Source: Zootoca vivipara (Eukaryota). From it: a DNA stretch of 64,000 bases. The stretch lies in the NCBI RefSeq assembly GCF_963506605.1, contig NC_083291.1, forward strand, positions 22,010,001 through 22,074,000, in the 5' to 3' direction. Shown here in pieces: positions 27,001 to 39,850 of the stretch. The translations under genes and the position numbers were made by a program. The notes under the pieces were generated by a model, which worked only from the letters and a program-made list of their open reading frames with translations, ran no database searches and was not told where the DNA came from. Every line of letters starts with the position of its first letter. Position 1 is the first letter of the stretch.

Positions 27001-28491
27001 GAGGGCATGGAGAACATTAGGCCCCTCCCAAACAAGATGATCAAGCTCCTCAAGCTCTGGATGGGTAGCTCAAAGCTGTAGCGGTGTAGCCCAAAGCTCT
27101 CTTGCATTTGCTACTGAGGCTTTATGTGAGTGGAGAGTGGGGCTGTCATGCAGCTGAAGAGACCATGTTGGCCAAGACATTTCAATATTACTTTTCTGGT
27201 TGATGTTGAGCAGAAGGAGCTTAGAGGCTTGGGATCCATGGCATTCCCTGCCTGTTGGGGGCACAGATAATAAAGCAGAGCTAGAACAATTTTGGGAGTA
27301 GTTCTAATATTGAGACAGCGGCCCCAATGGCCTCTATTAGGTCTTCTCTTTTGGCGATAGTAGCTGTGGGTTGCATGTGGAGAATGTCACAAAGGAGTGT
27401 GAGTTGGGGTTTGCCAGCTCTATTCAATTCCCCACCCCCATTCTGAGCTCTCTCACTGGGTTGTGGTGGTGTATGCTTGCAGGTGAGGAGTCCAACGGGA
27501 GTTTGCTTCCGACAAGGAGACAGGATTTCTCTCTCTCTCTTGAGATTTGATTGGGGAAGCCTCTCCTCAACCAAGTCAATCCAGAATTCTGTCTTCCCAG
27601 GCCCAGAAATGGAGACTTTCCCTGTGCCAATTACTGTCTTTTCTCTAGAGATCTCAAGAGAAAACAGAGATCTCATTTTCAAAAGATGTATTTCAAGTTG
27701 AGAGCCACTGGTTTAGACCATAAAGAGTTCAACATTCTAAGCAAATAAAGAGAGAGGCACCATTATAAATCTGAGAGTATCAAACAAATAGCACACAATG
27801 CAAAGTTATTTGGACCTTATTGTGTTAATCAAACTCATTTAAAAAGAGAACTGTGATGAATAGCACTAGTCTACGTATTACTCTTTAGGTAAAAACATGG
27901 GCTGGAAAAGGATTCTAGCATTTGTTTTGACCTGGAGAGTATGACTGTCATGGCAATGACAATTTTTGTTAAACGTCCAATAAATGTTATACATTCACAA
28001 AAGCAATGTCTTCAATGATGCTCAGAGCCCTTTAAACAGCAAGATATCCTTCTGATTTTAATGCTTGGCTGTTATTTGTAGCAAAAGCTGCCATTTCAGA
28101 GAGTTATATGAAGTGACCAACATTAATCTGTACTACTTGGATTACTATGACCCAGAGGACATACAGGCCTTGTTCAAATGATCAGATATTAGCTTATTCG
28201 GCTGAAATGTGTGCTAGCCTTTCCCCTGAACATGCTGCTCCTCCCTTTCCCTCTGTGCAGTGCACAGTAATTAAACCCAGAAGTCTCTCATTGACCATAG
28301 TTCTAAACCAAGAAACTGTTGTTTTGGAGTTTTTAAACAAGTCATGGTAAGAAATTGATTTAACACCTTGGTTTGTTCTGAACCTAGGAATCAGAGGGCT
28401 AAAATCAGCAATGCCTAAATGCAAGCAAAATGGACTTCTGTATGCACCATGAAAATTTTCTTTCTTCTTGTCCCCCCCCCCCCCCAAATAC

Positions 28492-28925
28492 CAGTGGCGT
28501 AGCAAGCCACCAGGACAACTGGGGCGGCAAATTGCCATGCACCTGGGGGGGGGGCGTCGCCGCTACGTAACGATGCATGCGTGTTACGTAATGCCGCATG
28601 CGTCGTTACGTGGCGGGGGGGTGGCGATACCCCACAACTTTATGATGCATGTACAGCATCACGCTGCACAAGCGTTGTTACGTGGCGGGGTATCACTGCC
28701 GCCCCGGCGACTCCAAAACTGTGCGTCTCCAACTCCAAAAGCCCACTCGGCGGGGGGGGGGGGGGTGTCACTTGGCGCCCCCACCCCCGTGTCTCCCAAA
28801 CCGAGCCTCCAGCCTCCCGGTAAAAAGTCCGCTCGGCGCCACGGGGGTGGGGGTGCCAAGTGGCACCCCCCCAGAGTGGAACCCGGGGCGGACCACCCCC
28901 ATTGCCCCCCATTGTGACGCCCCTA
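28492..28925. mobile_element. GC/CpG-rich hAT-like MITE
   Basis: CAGTGGCGTAGC ... GTGACGCCCCTA termini. Near-perfect 8-bp TSD CCAAATAC/CCCAATAC. Internal gttacgtggcgggg repeats. Confidence 0.7.
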
Positions 28926-30287
28926 CCCAATACAGCCCCAAATCTACTTCAAAGGTCTGAGATACTATTAGTGCAGATTTGGAAAGGGATGCGGGGAGCA
29001 GAGGGGAGTAAAGGGAATTTCCATTGTATGAGTAGACATTAATCTAGACACATTTCTCAGTGGCAAAATATTCCATGAAGATTGTCATTGGCTGTGTTAG
29101 CATGTAATGCTAACTCATGATTTGTTTAAGCCACTGTATGTCCAACAAATAACAAATTGTCTCACAGATGGGCAAACATGGCTTATTTCTTCAATGATTG
29201 GTTTGTTTTCCAGCTGTTCTTGTCTCATGCCTCAATAGCTTAGTGAGTGGGGTGGTCGTACAAACTATGGCTAAGCAAGGATTCAGACATAACATCCAAG
29301 CATAGTCAATAGGCAAGCTTCTTAAGCCAACAATAAACCATGGTTTTACATCACACTTTGTTGCGAGAAAACAAACAATAGTCAGCCTGCTGATCTAGGT
29401 TTGGACATTCAAACAAACCACACTTTGGCTAAATGAACCATGGTTTAGCATTATGTATAAACTAGCCATTGTACAGCTGGCAATTTACCTTTTTATTTCA
29501 TAATGGTGTCATTCATTAGCAAGATCAAGAGTGAAATCTGCTTGCTTCCTAGCCCTATAGCAGTCACAGAGAAAACTTCTACTGATGCTTATCCACAGGC
29601 AACTACAATAGTAGCAAAGGTCACTGCCTAGGACTGCTCATTACTTCATCTAGTTTACTGAAGGAACCAGAGAATTTATGCTTTAAGAATTGGCCTGCAC
29701 AAGTGCTTTTTAAAACTATTTTTTTGTTTTTCAATAGTTGCCGTTACTTCGTTTATCTTTCTGTTTTACAGTACTTTACTTTTTAAAAACCCTGTAGGCT
29801 GACCATGTTACTGGATGAAACTGAGAGAACTGTTCAGTAAATTGTTCACATTTATACACACTTTACCCAACATTAAAAATGATAACAATTACCATTTTGT
29901 AAGTTAATTGGGTTGGTGGGGGAAAAATAGGTTAACTTGTTTTTACAATTTGCAAAATGTCAAACCTGCTTTTTGTTCTAATGAAGTTGATTTCAAAATA
30001 CATGACAATTATTTGACAATATCAGCCCAGTCAGATGTCTAGTCCTATGCATGACTGATGCAGTCTTGCGATACAGTAAGAAACATAAAGTAAGCACTAT
30101 GATCCAAAACTTTGCTTTATTTGAAATAAAACTGAAAAGATAATGTACCTGCAGCTCAACACCGTTATATTAAACTATAGCAAGAAACATGAACAGACAA
30201 TTAGCCAATTGAACAACACAACCTTTCTCAAACTATTTACATAGAAAGTTCTATTTTGTTGGTGACAGAAAAAGCATAAAAATTTAA

Positions 30288-30668
<381 letters not shown>

Positions 30669-31322
30669 CAATGGACTGTTTTGCTAGCACCTGCAGCAAA
30701 ACCTATGTTTAATATTATTATAATAAAGCTGCTTGCAACTTTTGACCAAGCAAGTCAGATTCTGCTTAGCCTTAAATATCATTATTAGCACCATTTTTTG
30801 TTCACTGGTGGATAGAAACTTGAAGAGTTTACAAAATGCTTAATACTGGATGATCAATCACAGTGTTATGTGAAAATGGATTTTATGTAAAAATGATTTC
30901 TTCGTTGTTTTACAATGGAAACCTGTTGACTAGATGGGAGTAAAATTTTGTTCATCTGACCAATTATATCTACTGCTTAATTTATTTATTTTAAAAATAA
31001 ATATTATTGTCATTCAATCTTTCTTTCCCAAGGCAGGCAACAAGTAATAACATATAAAAAGACTACCGTAAGTGCATAAAAACAGCAGAGACAGTAAAAC
31101 ATAGCAGCAAGACTGATTTTGTTTTTTAAGTATTTGTCATAGTCTGAAAGCTTATCAAACCCTAAGAAGTATAGCAACACAGAACCATTTTAGAATTCTG
31201 CATACCTAAAGGTATTAGATGAGCAAACAACAATATTTTTTATCATTTATGTAGTACATTTCAAGTAGTTCAAGTTCTTCGCATATTCATTATGGTATAA
31301 GCCTTCCATCAGGGAATGAGTA

Positions 31323-31468
31323 TAGGAGTGGCTAACATTTGGGAGTCCAGATGTTGCTGGCCTACAACTCATGTCATCCCTGACCATTTTATACGGCCTT
31401 GCTGGCTGGGGCTGATGGGAGTTGAGAGCACAACAACAACTGGAGAGCCTCTGGTTAGCTGTCCCTGG
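31323..31468. mobile_element. Degraded URR1-like hAT MITE
   Basis: gcctacaactcatgtcatccc ... gatgggagttg core. Confidence 0.6.
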
Positions 31469-33534
31469 TGCAGAGAGAGAAAATTATGTTAGCAGGGAGG
31501 TCAAAAGAAAATGAAATGCATTAAATACTGACAGTGAAAAATACATGAGATTTTAGCTGTGTGTAAAATAATTGTAGAGACCATTCAAGAAGTCGTTCTT
31601 GCATTGGTAAATTAATTACGACCTGTAATTTACCAACTCAATGACATTTTTCAACAATACTGCAGTTAATTACTGCTGTTGGCATTTTTTGTATTCCATC
31701 TCCTCTGACCTCACTGCTAACATGTTTTTCTTTAGACACCACAATATATATAATATTCTGGCAATCCAGGGTGACATTCCATGTATATGATGAAAGCATT
31801 ATACTATGAAAGCTAGCCTTATGCCAATACATGAGTTCGAAAGCATACTAGCGCTACTATCAACTGTATTGCATATTTGTCAACCCTGCAACTACACAGT
31901 AGGGCTGACAACTTGGTTAAAAACATGAAAAACCCAACAGTATGTGCTCTGTTTTGTTTTACATTTGGAACTGTCAGGCAAGGAAGGAACTCTGTTAATA
32001 TGAAAACGGCACTTGACTTTGAGAGGATTTAAGCCTTACAAGGAAAGCAAGGCTGGCACCAAATCTAAGTTGGGTTCCCACCTCCACCAAAACCTGTACA
32101 ACACACAGTACAACTTGATGCCATGACATCATTACACTGTGAGGTCCCATTGCTGCCATCCAATTATGCAGAGCACGGGAACACAGCATGGTGATGACAG
32201 GACAAGTAATTCTTGGCAGCAGGCTCATGTAACATTCAGTTCTGCAATCTGGTATAATGAGGTGGGGGGAGGAAACGACTGAAGTGATTCTGCCATGGGG
32301 TGAGTGGTAAGCAGTCTTTTCCTAACCACAGGCAAGTCTCAGTGAATCCTAAGCAATATTCAACACTGAAAGTTACAACTGCTTAGCTGGCTAATAGGAC
32401 TCTACATCAACAGCAGCACCAACTTTGCAATTCTTAGTATCAGCCCTGAAAGTGTATGATCATTGACTTGAGGAAGGAAGTCTGGAGGAAAGAAAGAACG
32501 GCAATCATGCAACAGGAGTTGGCCGAATGATGAGGCTTGCTTTATTAGAGCATAGTGTTACTCTATTCCTTTGTCCAACTCTATTCCTTTGTCCAACTGC
32601 TAGTGTCCAACTGCTAGTGCCCTTACTTCACTGCTCCTATCTTGCCTGCATGGGCTCCTATCACCAGCTGCAAAAAAACTGCACCTCCAACAGAAATTTC
32701 AATATAAGCCAGGGTTAATTCAATCTCTCACATTTCTAGATATAATATACAGTAATTAACAGCATAAAGGCCCAGAAATACTGGAATCTTAACTGATGAT
32801 TTTTTTTTTCTTTTAAGAGTAGAAATACACAGTAGCCTCACTCATGTGACTGGAACCTGTATAAAAAAACCCTATAAACCCTAACAAAATACTATCATGA
32901 GAGCTAGAACCACTTTAGCAACACAGCTCTGCTGCATGAAAGTTCAGAAAATATTACTTCTCTCTTGAAGAAACACCACAAACTGAGAAAAACAGTCCCT
33001 CAGTTCCATTTCTGTTATGTCAATTATTATTATAGTATTTTTTTTTGAGAAAAGGAGTATGGTCCAACTTCTCCATCCCCAAGTAATTAACTGATCTAAA
33101 TTGCTCCCGGCCCCCCACCGCAGAACTGCCATTAGAAGAAACATACAAGGTGCCCTGGTTTGCACATTATCTGTTTATTTATTTACTGTATTAAATTCAT
33201 ATCCTGTTCTTTCTTCCAATGAAGCCCAGGGCAGCAAAAAAAAGTGATAAAACATCTTAAAAACATTAAGCCACAATTAAAATATGGTTTAATCTGAAAG
33301 AACAGTGAGCTTGTGAATACTACTAAAACTGCAGGCATTTCACTCCTCCCCCACTGCCAGGATCGAACCATAGCCTGGCATGTTGTGTTGTTCAAATATA
33401 GGCTTATGGGTTGTTTTCCTCCAAAAAATTGAGAAACCAATGGAAACCAAGGTTTATTCTTGGCTTGTCACTTGCAATTTGTTTGGAGAGATATCAGCCA
33501 CAAACCTGGGTATGGCAGAGTGGCAGCAGTAACT

Positions 33535-33796
33535 GTTAGGTCCAGTTGTGGACGACTCCGGGGTTGCGGCGCTCATCTCGCTTTACTGGCCGAGGAAGCC
33601 GGTGTACAGCTTCTGGGTCATGTGGCCAGCATAACTAAGTCGCTTCTAGCGAAACCAAAGCAGCGCATGGAAACGCCGTTTACCTGCCCGCTGGAGCGGT
33701 ACCTATTTATCTACAGTACTTGCACTTTGACGTGCTTTCAAACTGCTAGGTTGGCAAGAGCAGGGACCGAGCAACGGGAGCTCACCCTGTCGCGGT
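33535..33796 (-). mobile_element. Sauria SINE (partial, reverse orientation)
   Basis: Reverse complement of the SINE body seen at 21436-21797. Confidence 0.88.
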
Positions 33797-33963
33797 GATT
33801 TCAGTAGCATGTACCAGCACACTGCACGTTCACATTTATTTCAACTGTGGTTTATTGTGACACGTTAATCAGATTGTTACGTATACATAAAGCTCAATGA
33901 CCTGGAAGGATAGGACATAAGAAAAAAGCTTCTGCTTAAACTCCAAAAGCAGAACCCACAAAC

Positions 33964-34126
33964 CTGCATTCTGTTTTGAGCTTGATGATCCACCCTGCTC
34001 TACCTTTGTCTTCTTCTTCTTAGAAGATGAGGAATCAGAAGAGGGTGCTGGACGTTTTTCTACAGCCGGAGTACAGAGTGCTCGTTTTTTGAAAAGTTCT
34101 CGCTCTCTTAGCAAGCTTGGATCCAT
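33964..34126 (-). CDS. GTF2E2: GTF2E2 first coding exon ([25 protein letters not shown]...KQNA)
   Basis: Acceptor ttgacag|aattATG (exon starts 34130), donor GCA G|gtttgt; TFIIE beta N-terminus. Confidence 0.97.
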
Positions 34127-34275
34127 AATTCTGTCAAAAAAGGTGAAATACTAGTGAGAATGTGTTGTACTTATACAGAGCTTTACATCATATATAATGG
34201 TTGTGTTCAGACATTGTCAGCTGCTAGCATGTGAAGAGTTGTCTTCACCATGGGTTGAACAAGATCCAGCTAGCC

Positions 34276-34411
34276 CAGGCATAGGCAAACTCAGGCCTCC
34301 AGATGTTTTGGGACTACAACTCCCATCATCCCTAGCTAACAGGACCAGTGGTCAGGGATGGTGGGAATTGTAGTCCCAAAACATCTGGAGGACCGAGTTT
34401 GCCTATGCCTG
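34276..34411. mobile_element. URR1-like palindromic hAT MITE (young)
   Basis: TIR CAGGCATAGGCAAACTC. Perfect 8-bp TSD AGCTAGCC (34268-34275, 34412-34419). Confidence 0.92.
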
Positions 34412-35999
34412 AGCTAGCCAGTCCTACTCTATTTCCCTCAGAGGACATCAGTGGGAACTGTCGCCTAGTAGGCAGAGGCTGAAGGGCAACACCCTAAGAA
34501 TGAGGGTAGAAAATGCCACCTGAATAATCATAGTACCACAGGATTGTCACATTATTTCTGTTCCTAATACCACACTTGAATTTGATTTTTATTGTTGGAA
34601 TATTTTGTAAGCACTCTGAAAGTTTCCATGAGTTATAAAGCAGGATATAAGTACTGTAAATAAAGAAAACTAAATTATAGCGCAACACTACAGGGAAATG
34701 TCTGGGTGAACTTCCAGCCTGTGTGCTCACTCCTCCCTCAAAAAGCTTTAGCTCCTATTTTCAACTAATCTTGGTTACTTATTATGTATGAACACAGATA
34801 AATTGTGGTTGTGTTAAGCATGTTTTAGGAACCAAGGTTTATGATCCTGGCTCAGTCCGCTAAACCATAGGAAACCCTAACAATACAGTAGTTATTGGTT
34901 CAGACATAGCATGTAATCATGATTACTTGAAAATGGAAGCCAAATCTTACGATGTTTTCCTCACGAACCACAGGAAGGTGAATGCTCAGCAGCTCAAAGC
35001 AGCTGCTCAAAACACTATTTTATTACTTCTTGGCTTAAATCCATGCCGTAAAGCTCATAAGCATTATCTTCAAACTGCAGATGCAAAGCTGAAGATAGCA
35101 TCTTGCCCAAGACCATCTAGTAAGTTTTCAGCAGAGGCAATATTTGAATTGTGGGTTTCCTGTATCACATATTTAGACACTATAATACACTAACTTTCCT
35201 GGTCACAAGGGCTCCAGAGTTTCAGGTAACTGGCTATTGTGTGCTCATACGCACAAAACTATTTATTAACTATGTCTTGCTCAGCCCTGGAGGACCACTT
35301 CAAGACTAGGAGCCTTCCAAGACTGCTAATTCCAAGGCAACATCCTTTTTTTATTCTATGTTCAAAAGGGAAATGGACAGCTGAAGAGTTGTAAGTCAGC
35401 TTTCCCCTCATCCCAAGACGAGTTACCAGGTAAAATATTCAGAGCAGCATCTCTGGCGGGAGTCCACAGTTACACTTGGGAAATACAGAGGACTTCACAA
35501 GAAAGTTAAGGTGAGCGAGTGAAACACGCTGGAATATTTGCATATTTCGTCCCCGAAACTGAGGTAGTGGCCCTGCAAACCATTATTCTCTAAGCCTGAG
35601 ACTTCTTGCAATGTGAGGCAATAGCACCACCTACGTTACAGGGGTATTAAGCATTACCCAACTATTTGTGCGAAGAGTTTTGAAAACATATGGGTCACAC
35701 ACCTACTCTACGGAGTGAACTGCTGGCGGTATTTATCCTTGAGGAACCCTGGAAATGGTGCAGAAATCGTCAGGGAGCCCCTGTGCGCAACCACAGAGCA
35801 AGATTTTTTAGGGTTCCCCGAGGAAGGGAGCGACAGTCCTGTCGGGCGGAAGATGGTTCCTCTGAAGCGTAGCACGAGAGAAACTTCCCTCAAAAGCGGG
35901 GGGGGGGGCACTTTTCACTTTTCCTCAGCTTCCGCACGGCAACTGTGTGTCGGGTTAGACTACCCAGGCTTCCCCCAAAGGAACTCCCTGGCAGTTTGA

Positions 36000-36725
36000 A
36001 GAAGCCGCTCCGAGCTTCCTCCGTTAAGAGGTCGGTCGGCCGCCTTGCGCGCGCCCCTCCTCAAAAACCGCCCCTCAGTTCAAAAACCACAAGACCCCAG
36101 TGTTGTTGTTGTTGTTGCTTCAACTGCTTCCTGCTTTCCCCATGCCCGGAATACTCCCGCTTCCACAAGTGGGTTGGAAGGAAAGGGGGCTGCCCTGCTG
36201 ACTCCTCCCGGGGAGGTGGACTGCCGGGCTGCCCCCTCACCTTCTCCCGAGCCCGCCCCCCATTCCAACCACCCCCCACCTCAAGCCCTCCCACGAGGCA
36301 AACAAGAGTGGCCGCCGTAGCATCCGCCAATCCCATCCCGGGGGTGCCGCAGAGCGCGCGCGCCCCCGCGCGCCAAACCACTCACCTCGCGCACGAGACT
36401 ACCACAACGGCGGGAGACGGGTAGAGTGTGGGGGTTGGGGGGGGGAGTTGGGAAACCAACTTGAGCCCTGAGGCTCCTGCTTCGCTATTGGCTCAGCTTC
36501 CTAGCGCGCAGGTCTTCCACCGACATTTCCCATCCTGCTCGCTAGGCGCGACGTGACGTCGCCGCAGCGATGCTTTTTTGAATATGAACCCGGAAGTACA
36601 TCCCTACGTTGCTCCGGCAACGGAGAGGTTGGAACGATCGTTTGAAAGGCGCATGCGCGGAGCAAAAGGGTTCCTCCTCCCCACTCCTATTACTGAGTGA
36701 TCAAGTAGAGAAAGCGTATTGGTTG
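36000..36725 (-). promoter_or_regulatory. GTF2E2: CpG-island promoter and non-coding exon 1 of GTF2E2
   Basis: High CpG density. Minus-strand donor GAG|GTGAGT at 36386/36385. CCAAT 36487-36491 and 36718-36722, ZNF143-like 36522-36542, CRE-like TGACGTC 36554-36560, ETS CCGGAAGT 36590-36597, RFX X-box GTTGCTCCGGCAAC 36608-36621, NRF1 GCGCATGCGC 36649-36658. Confidence 0.85.
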
Positions 36726-37289
36726 GCATACAAGGTGGAGGGTGGGATTAAGGCGGGTCTTGGGGGGGGGTGCAACTTAATTTTTTTGCAGGGGTCTTTC
36801 AAAAGTACGTTTTGTGGGCATGAGGAATTCAAATCTGCTATCATTTTTGTGTTGGAGAACATTTTGACGGCTACATTTGATGAAGCACATAAACTGGAGA
36901 AATAGCTTTTGGTGGCTCCTAAATTTTGGAACTTCCTCTCCAAAGGGTCTTGCTCGGAGACCCCTTTATTATCACTTAGGCGTCAGATGAAAAGAAATTC
37001 TGTTTCTGTAGGTAGGCTCTTAAGATTTAAATACTTCAAATACATTAAGTATCCATGAATTCTGGAGAATAATGAGATAAAAAGTCAAATTTGGTGTTTG
37101 TAAATAGAGGAAGGAGGGTGGTTTTTGGTCCTTAAGGAGTAAGGGTTAAATTATTTTAGGTGGCAATTCATTAGAAAATACCTATAATTCTTCAGCATGG
37201 ATATAAAAATAATTTTTAAACTTCTGTCTACTTCTCACCATCTACCTTCATAACTGGGCAAAAACCAAATAACTTAATTAAAAACAAGT

Positions 37290-37348
37290 TTTATTTACAG
37301 TATAAGGAAGTGCCAAAAAATAGTGCAAATTAAAGAAAATAATTTATT
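37290..37348 (-). terminator. WRN: Candidate WRN polyadenylation signals (two AATAAA)
   Basis: TTTATT on plus at 37290-37295 and 37343-37348, about 630-680 nt past the WRN stop. Confidence 0.55.
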
Positions 37349-37970
37349 AACAATTTAACAATATTCATAATGGTTAAGAAATCTGACAACCACTTAGTTA
37401 TGCACCACAATATCCTGCTGTTGGGTTACATTTTTTTGCCTTCCTTAAAGAAATGGTCACAAAAATAAATAAAAAAGTGGGATTGCCCATTTTGTGCAGC
37501 AATAATCCTACTGATATTATTAACAGGGCAGCTGCAGAAGACAGGTGCTACATGCACTGTTCCCAGGCTTCAACTGTTCTTCGAAGTGTACTCTGTGCCC
37601 CCCCCCCCCAAGTTACTGAAACTCTTCAACATGCCAAATATTCAGTGGTACATAAGAGGTGCAAGCCTTGCAACACTGTATAATCTGATTTAATCCACTG
37701 CTCTTTTCTTCCTCTTCTCCACCTCAAGGTTCAAAACCTGGTAAGCCCGGCATATGAACCAACTCAATAATTGGGGCTAATTTTAAGCCCATCCAGTCAT
37801 AAGTTTGTGTAGTAAAAAATGAACAGAGCTTTTCCTCTCAACGTTCTGTATTTTGAAAAAGAGATGTTCATAAATGCCTCACTGAGTCAGACTGAATGAA
37901 GAAAGTGAATGAAGTATAAAGCTTTGATCCAGTTTTTATATCTAAACATAGTTTTATGGTATTTCCATGT

Positions 37971-38090
37971 TCAACCAAAGAGCCCTTTGCTTCCTCCGGC
38001 CTTTGATTTCTTGGAAGTATTACGAGGAACAGTTTCTCCTGAAGTCCCAAACCATCCTGGTAACTTCCTCTTTGAAGGCTGACACAATGT
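37971..38090 (-). CDS. WRN: WRN last coding exon (TLCQPSKRKLPGWFGTSGETVPRNTSKKSKAGGSKGLFG*)
   Basis: Strong polypyrimidine tract ttttcttttctag|ACA, stop TGA at 37973-37971. Tandem Ku-binding motifs as in human RKRRLPVWF / RGGLFS. Confidence 0.93.
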   Translation of the reverse strand, partial: TLCQPSKRKLPGWFGTSGETVPRNTSKKSKAGGSKGLFG

Positions 38091-38535
38091 CTAGAAAAGA
38101 AAAGAAGAAATCAAACACATTTCCCCCACTATTGCATACCACTATTTACGCATACTGTCAACTGCCTGTGTTCCTACCAGCCTGCCTGTTGAAGTGGATA
38201 TAAAGATACATCACTCCACACTTCTATCGACTTCCTTGGAGTGTCCGACAACCTTTGTTTTGCACTTTTAACCTCTGTTACCTTGACAGGCAGCCCTTCA
38301 CAAGGAGCTGTTGACATTTCACTCTTACTTTCCAGTTCCCAAAACATGTCAGAAAGCTTCAAGGACAGATACTGGATTAACATCCCAGTGCTAAATCAAA
38401 ACAGCCAAAGCAAAATATTCTGGCTGGCCATGTCATTTGTGCCTTTCTGAGGTCAGATAAGGAGATGGAATGCAGCCTATGAGAGTCACAAAATGCAGGC
38501 ACACAAAAACCAAGCCTAATACTTTCTATCTAAAA

Positions 38536-38780
38536 TGGGTCAGCAAAGTTTTTGTGGCTTGGTCCAGTTCACGTTCCTGCAGACACCGCGGTGGGCCGGA
38601 GTGTGCACACGCAGCCAATGGGAAACCGGCCAACGTCACGGAAGGCGGTCCCCGCTCTGCTCCACGCCAGTTTAGCGTGGCGCACAGGAGCCAACCGAGC
38701 GGGCTGCAGGGGTCCATGAGCTGGTTAAACGACCCCCAAGGGCTGCTTGTGCCCGATGGGCCTTAGGTTGCTGACCCCTG
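38536..38780. mobile_element. hAT-Charlie MITE
   Basis: (T)GGGTCAGCAA ... TTGCTGACCCCTG termini. TSD ATCTAAAA (38528-38535, 38781-38788). Confidence 0.82.
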
Positions 38781-38919
38781 ATCTAAAAGGTTAAATGCAA
38801 ATAATATTGGGACAGTTAGAACAAAATCCATACATATTCAATCAAATATCACAATTTTTACATCACTACTTTCTCCAGAAACCTAATCAAAACTATGGAT
38901 GATTAAGTGCTGCATCTCC

Positions 38920-39295
38920 CCATATGCACTGACCAGGACCCTGCAATCAACATCTGAGGCCCTTCTTTGTGTATGTCCTCTATGAGAAGTCTGGAGGGTG
39001 GCAACACGAGAACAGGCCTTTTCTGCAGTGGCTCCATATTTGTGGAATGCTCTCCCCAGGGAGGCTTGCCTGGCGCCTTCATTACATATCTTTAGGCACC
39101 AGGCGAAAACGTTTCCCTTCAACCAGGTGTTCGGCTGATTAACATTCTATGGCTTTTTAAATGTGTTTGTGGGAGAGGGGTCATTGGTTTGTTTTTGTTT
39201 TATTATTTATTCTGTATTGGCATTTTGTATTTTTCTGTTGTGAACTGCCCTGGGATCTTTGGGTGAAGGGTGATATACCAATTTAATTAATAAAG
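38920..39295 (+). mobile_element. L2 LINE 3' fragment
   Basis: EQAFSAVAPYLWNALPREA-like end of ORF2 followed by an L2 3' UTR. Confidence 0.72.
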
Positions 39296-39709
39296 ATGAT
39301 GATGATTTCAGCCATGGTTTGGAATTTGCATTTGTTTGGGTTCCTCACTTCCACCCTTGTGCGAGAGGGAATGGTGAAACTTTGAATTCTGAGCTCTTGA
39401 GGGCAGGGGAAAGCCAGGAATTTGGCTAAGGGAGAATTTGGGAAAGACTGCCTTCCTAGATTGCTGTATGCCATACCCACAAATCCATTCAACAGGGGGG
39501 GGGGACAAGATGCCAAGCTACAGGGGCTACACAGGGAAGGAGGAGAGATGACAAGCAATTCCTTGTGTGGTTTTAATAAACCAGGTCTCTACAGGACACT
39601 GGGATTGCTGTTACTCTCTTGGTTCTGTAATTTATTTAAAGGTGTGGTGCAGAAGGAAATTCTTACCACAGTAGTTACAAATGTAAATATGATATATTGC
39701 TCACATTAC

Positions 39710-39850
39710 CTGTGACTGGGAATCGGTAAAGAGATCTTCTTCCTCAGCACTGAGTGAAGTCTGATTCCATGAGGCCAATTTGATAGAGCTCTGATAGCTC
39801 TGGACATTCTGTTTAGCGCCAAGAATTTGCTCTTCATTATTGCTTTGTGC
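39710..39850 (-). CDS. WRN: WRN exon (AQSNNEEQ...KLASWNQTSLSAEEEDLFTDSQSQ); no counterpart in the human protein as I recall it
   Basis: tttctttttctttcaaag|GCA ... CAG|gtaatg; 141 nt, phase 0-0, open frame. Confidence 0.8.

Noticed and set aside
28405-29042. Cluster of long GC-rich ORFs or apparent CpG island
   Set aside because: Confined to a MITE with TIRs and TSD; stop-poor because of GC content.
32560-32620. Short tandem duplications (18-bp and 14-bp units; also about 24 bp at 19539-19590)
   Set aside because: Ordinary slippage duplications with no spacer structure; not CRISPR-like.
35945-36905. ORFs of 90-160 aa in the CpG island
   Set aside because: Low-complexity Pro/Gly/Arg products with no homology, typical of CpG islands.
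38174-38383. Minus-strand ORF in the last WRN intron as a further exon
   Set aside because: No convincing acceptor/donor pair and no similarity to WRN; the flanking exons already join in phase.
34121-39710. In-frame WRN-GTF2E2 fusion by splicing the penultimate WRN exon to GTF2E2 exon 2
   Set aside because: A phase-0 donor joined to aattATG is out of frame with GTF2E2 and reaches a stop inside that exon.
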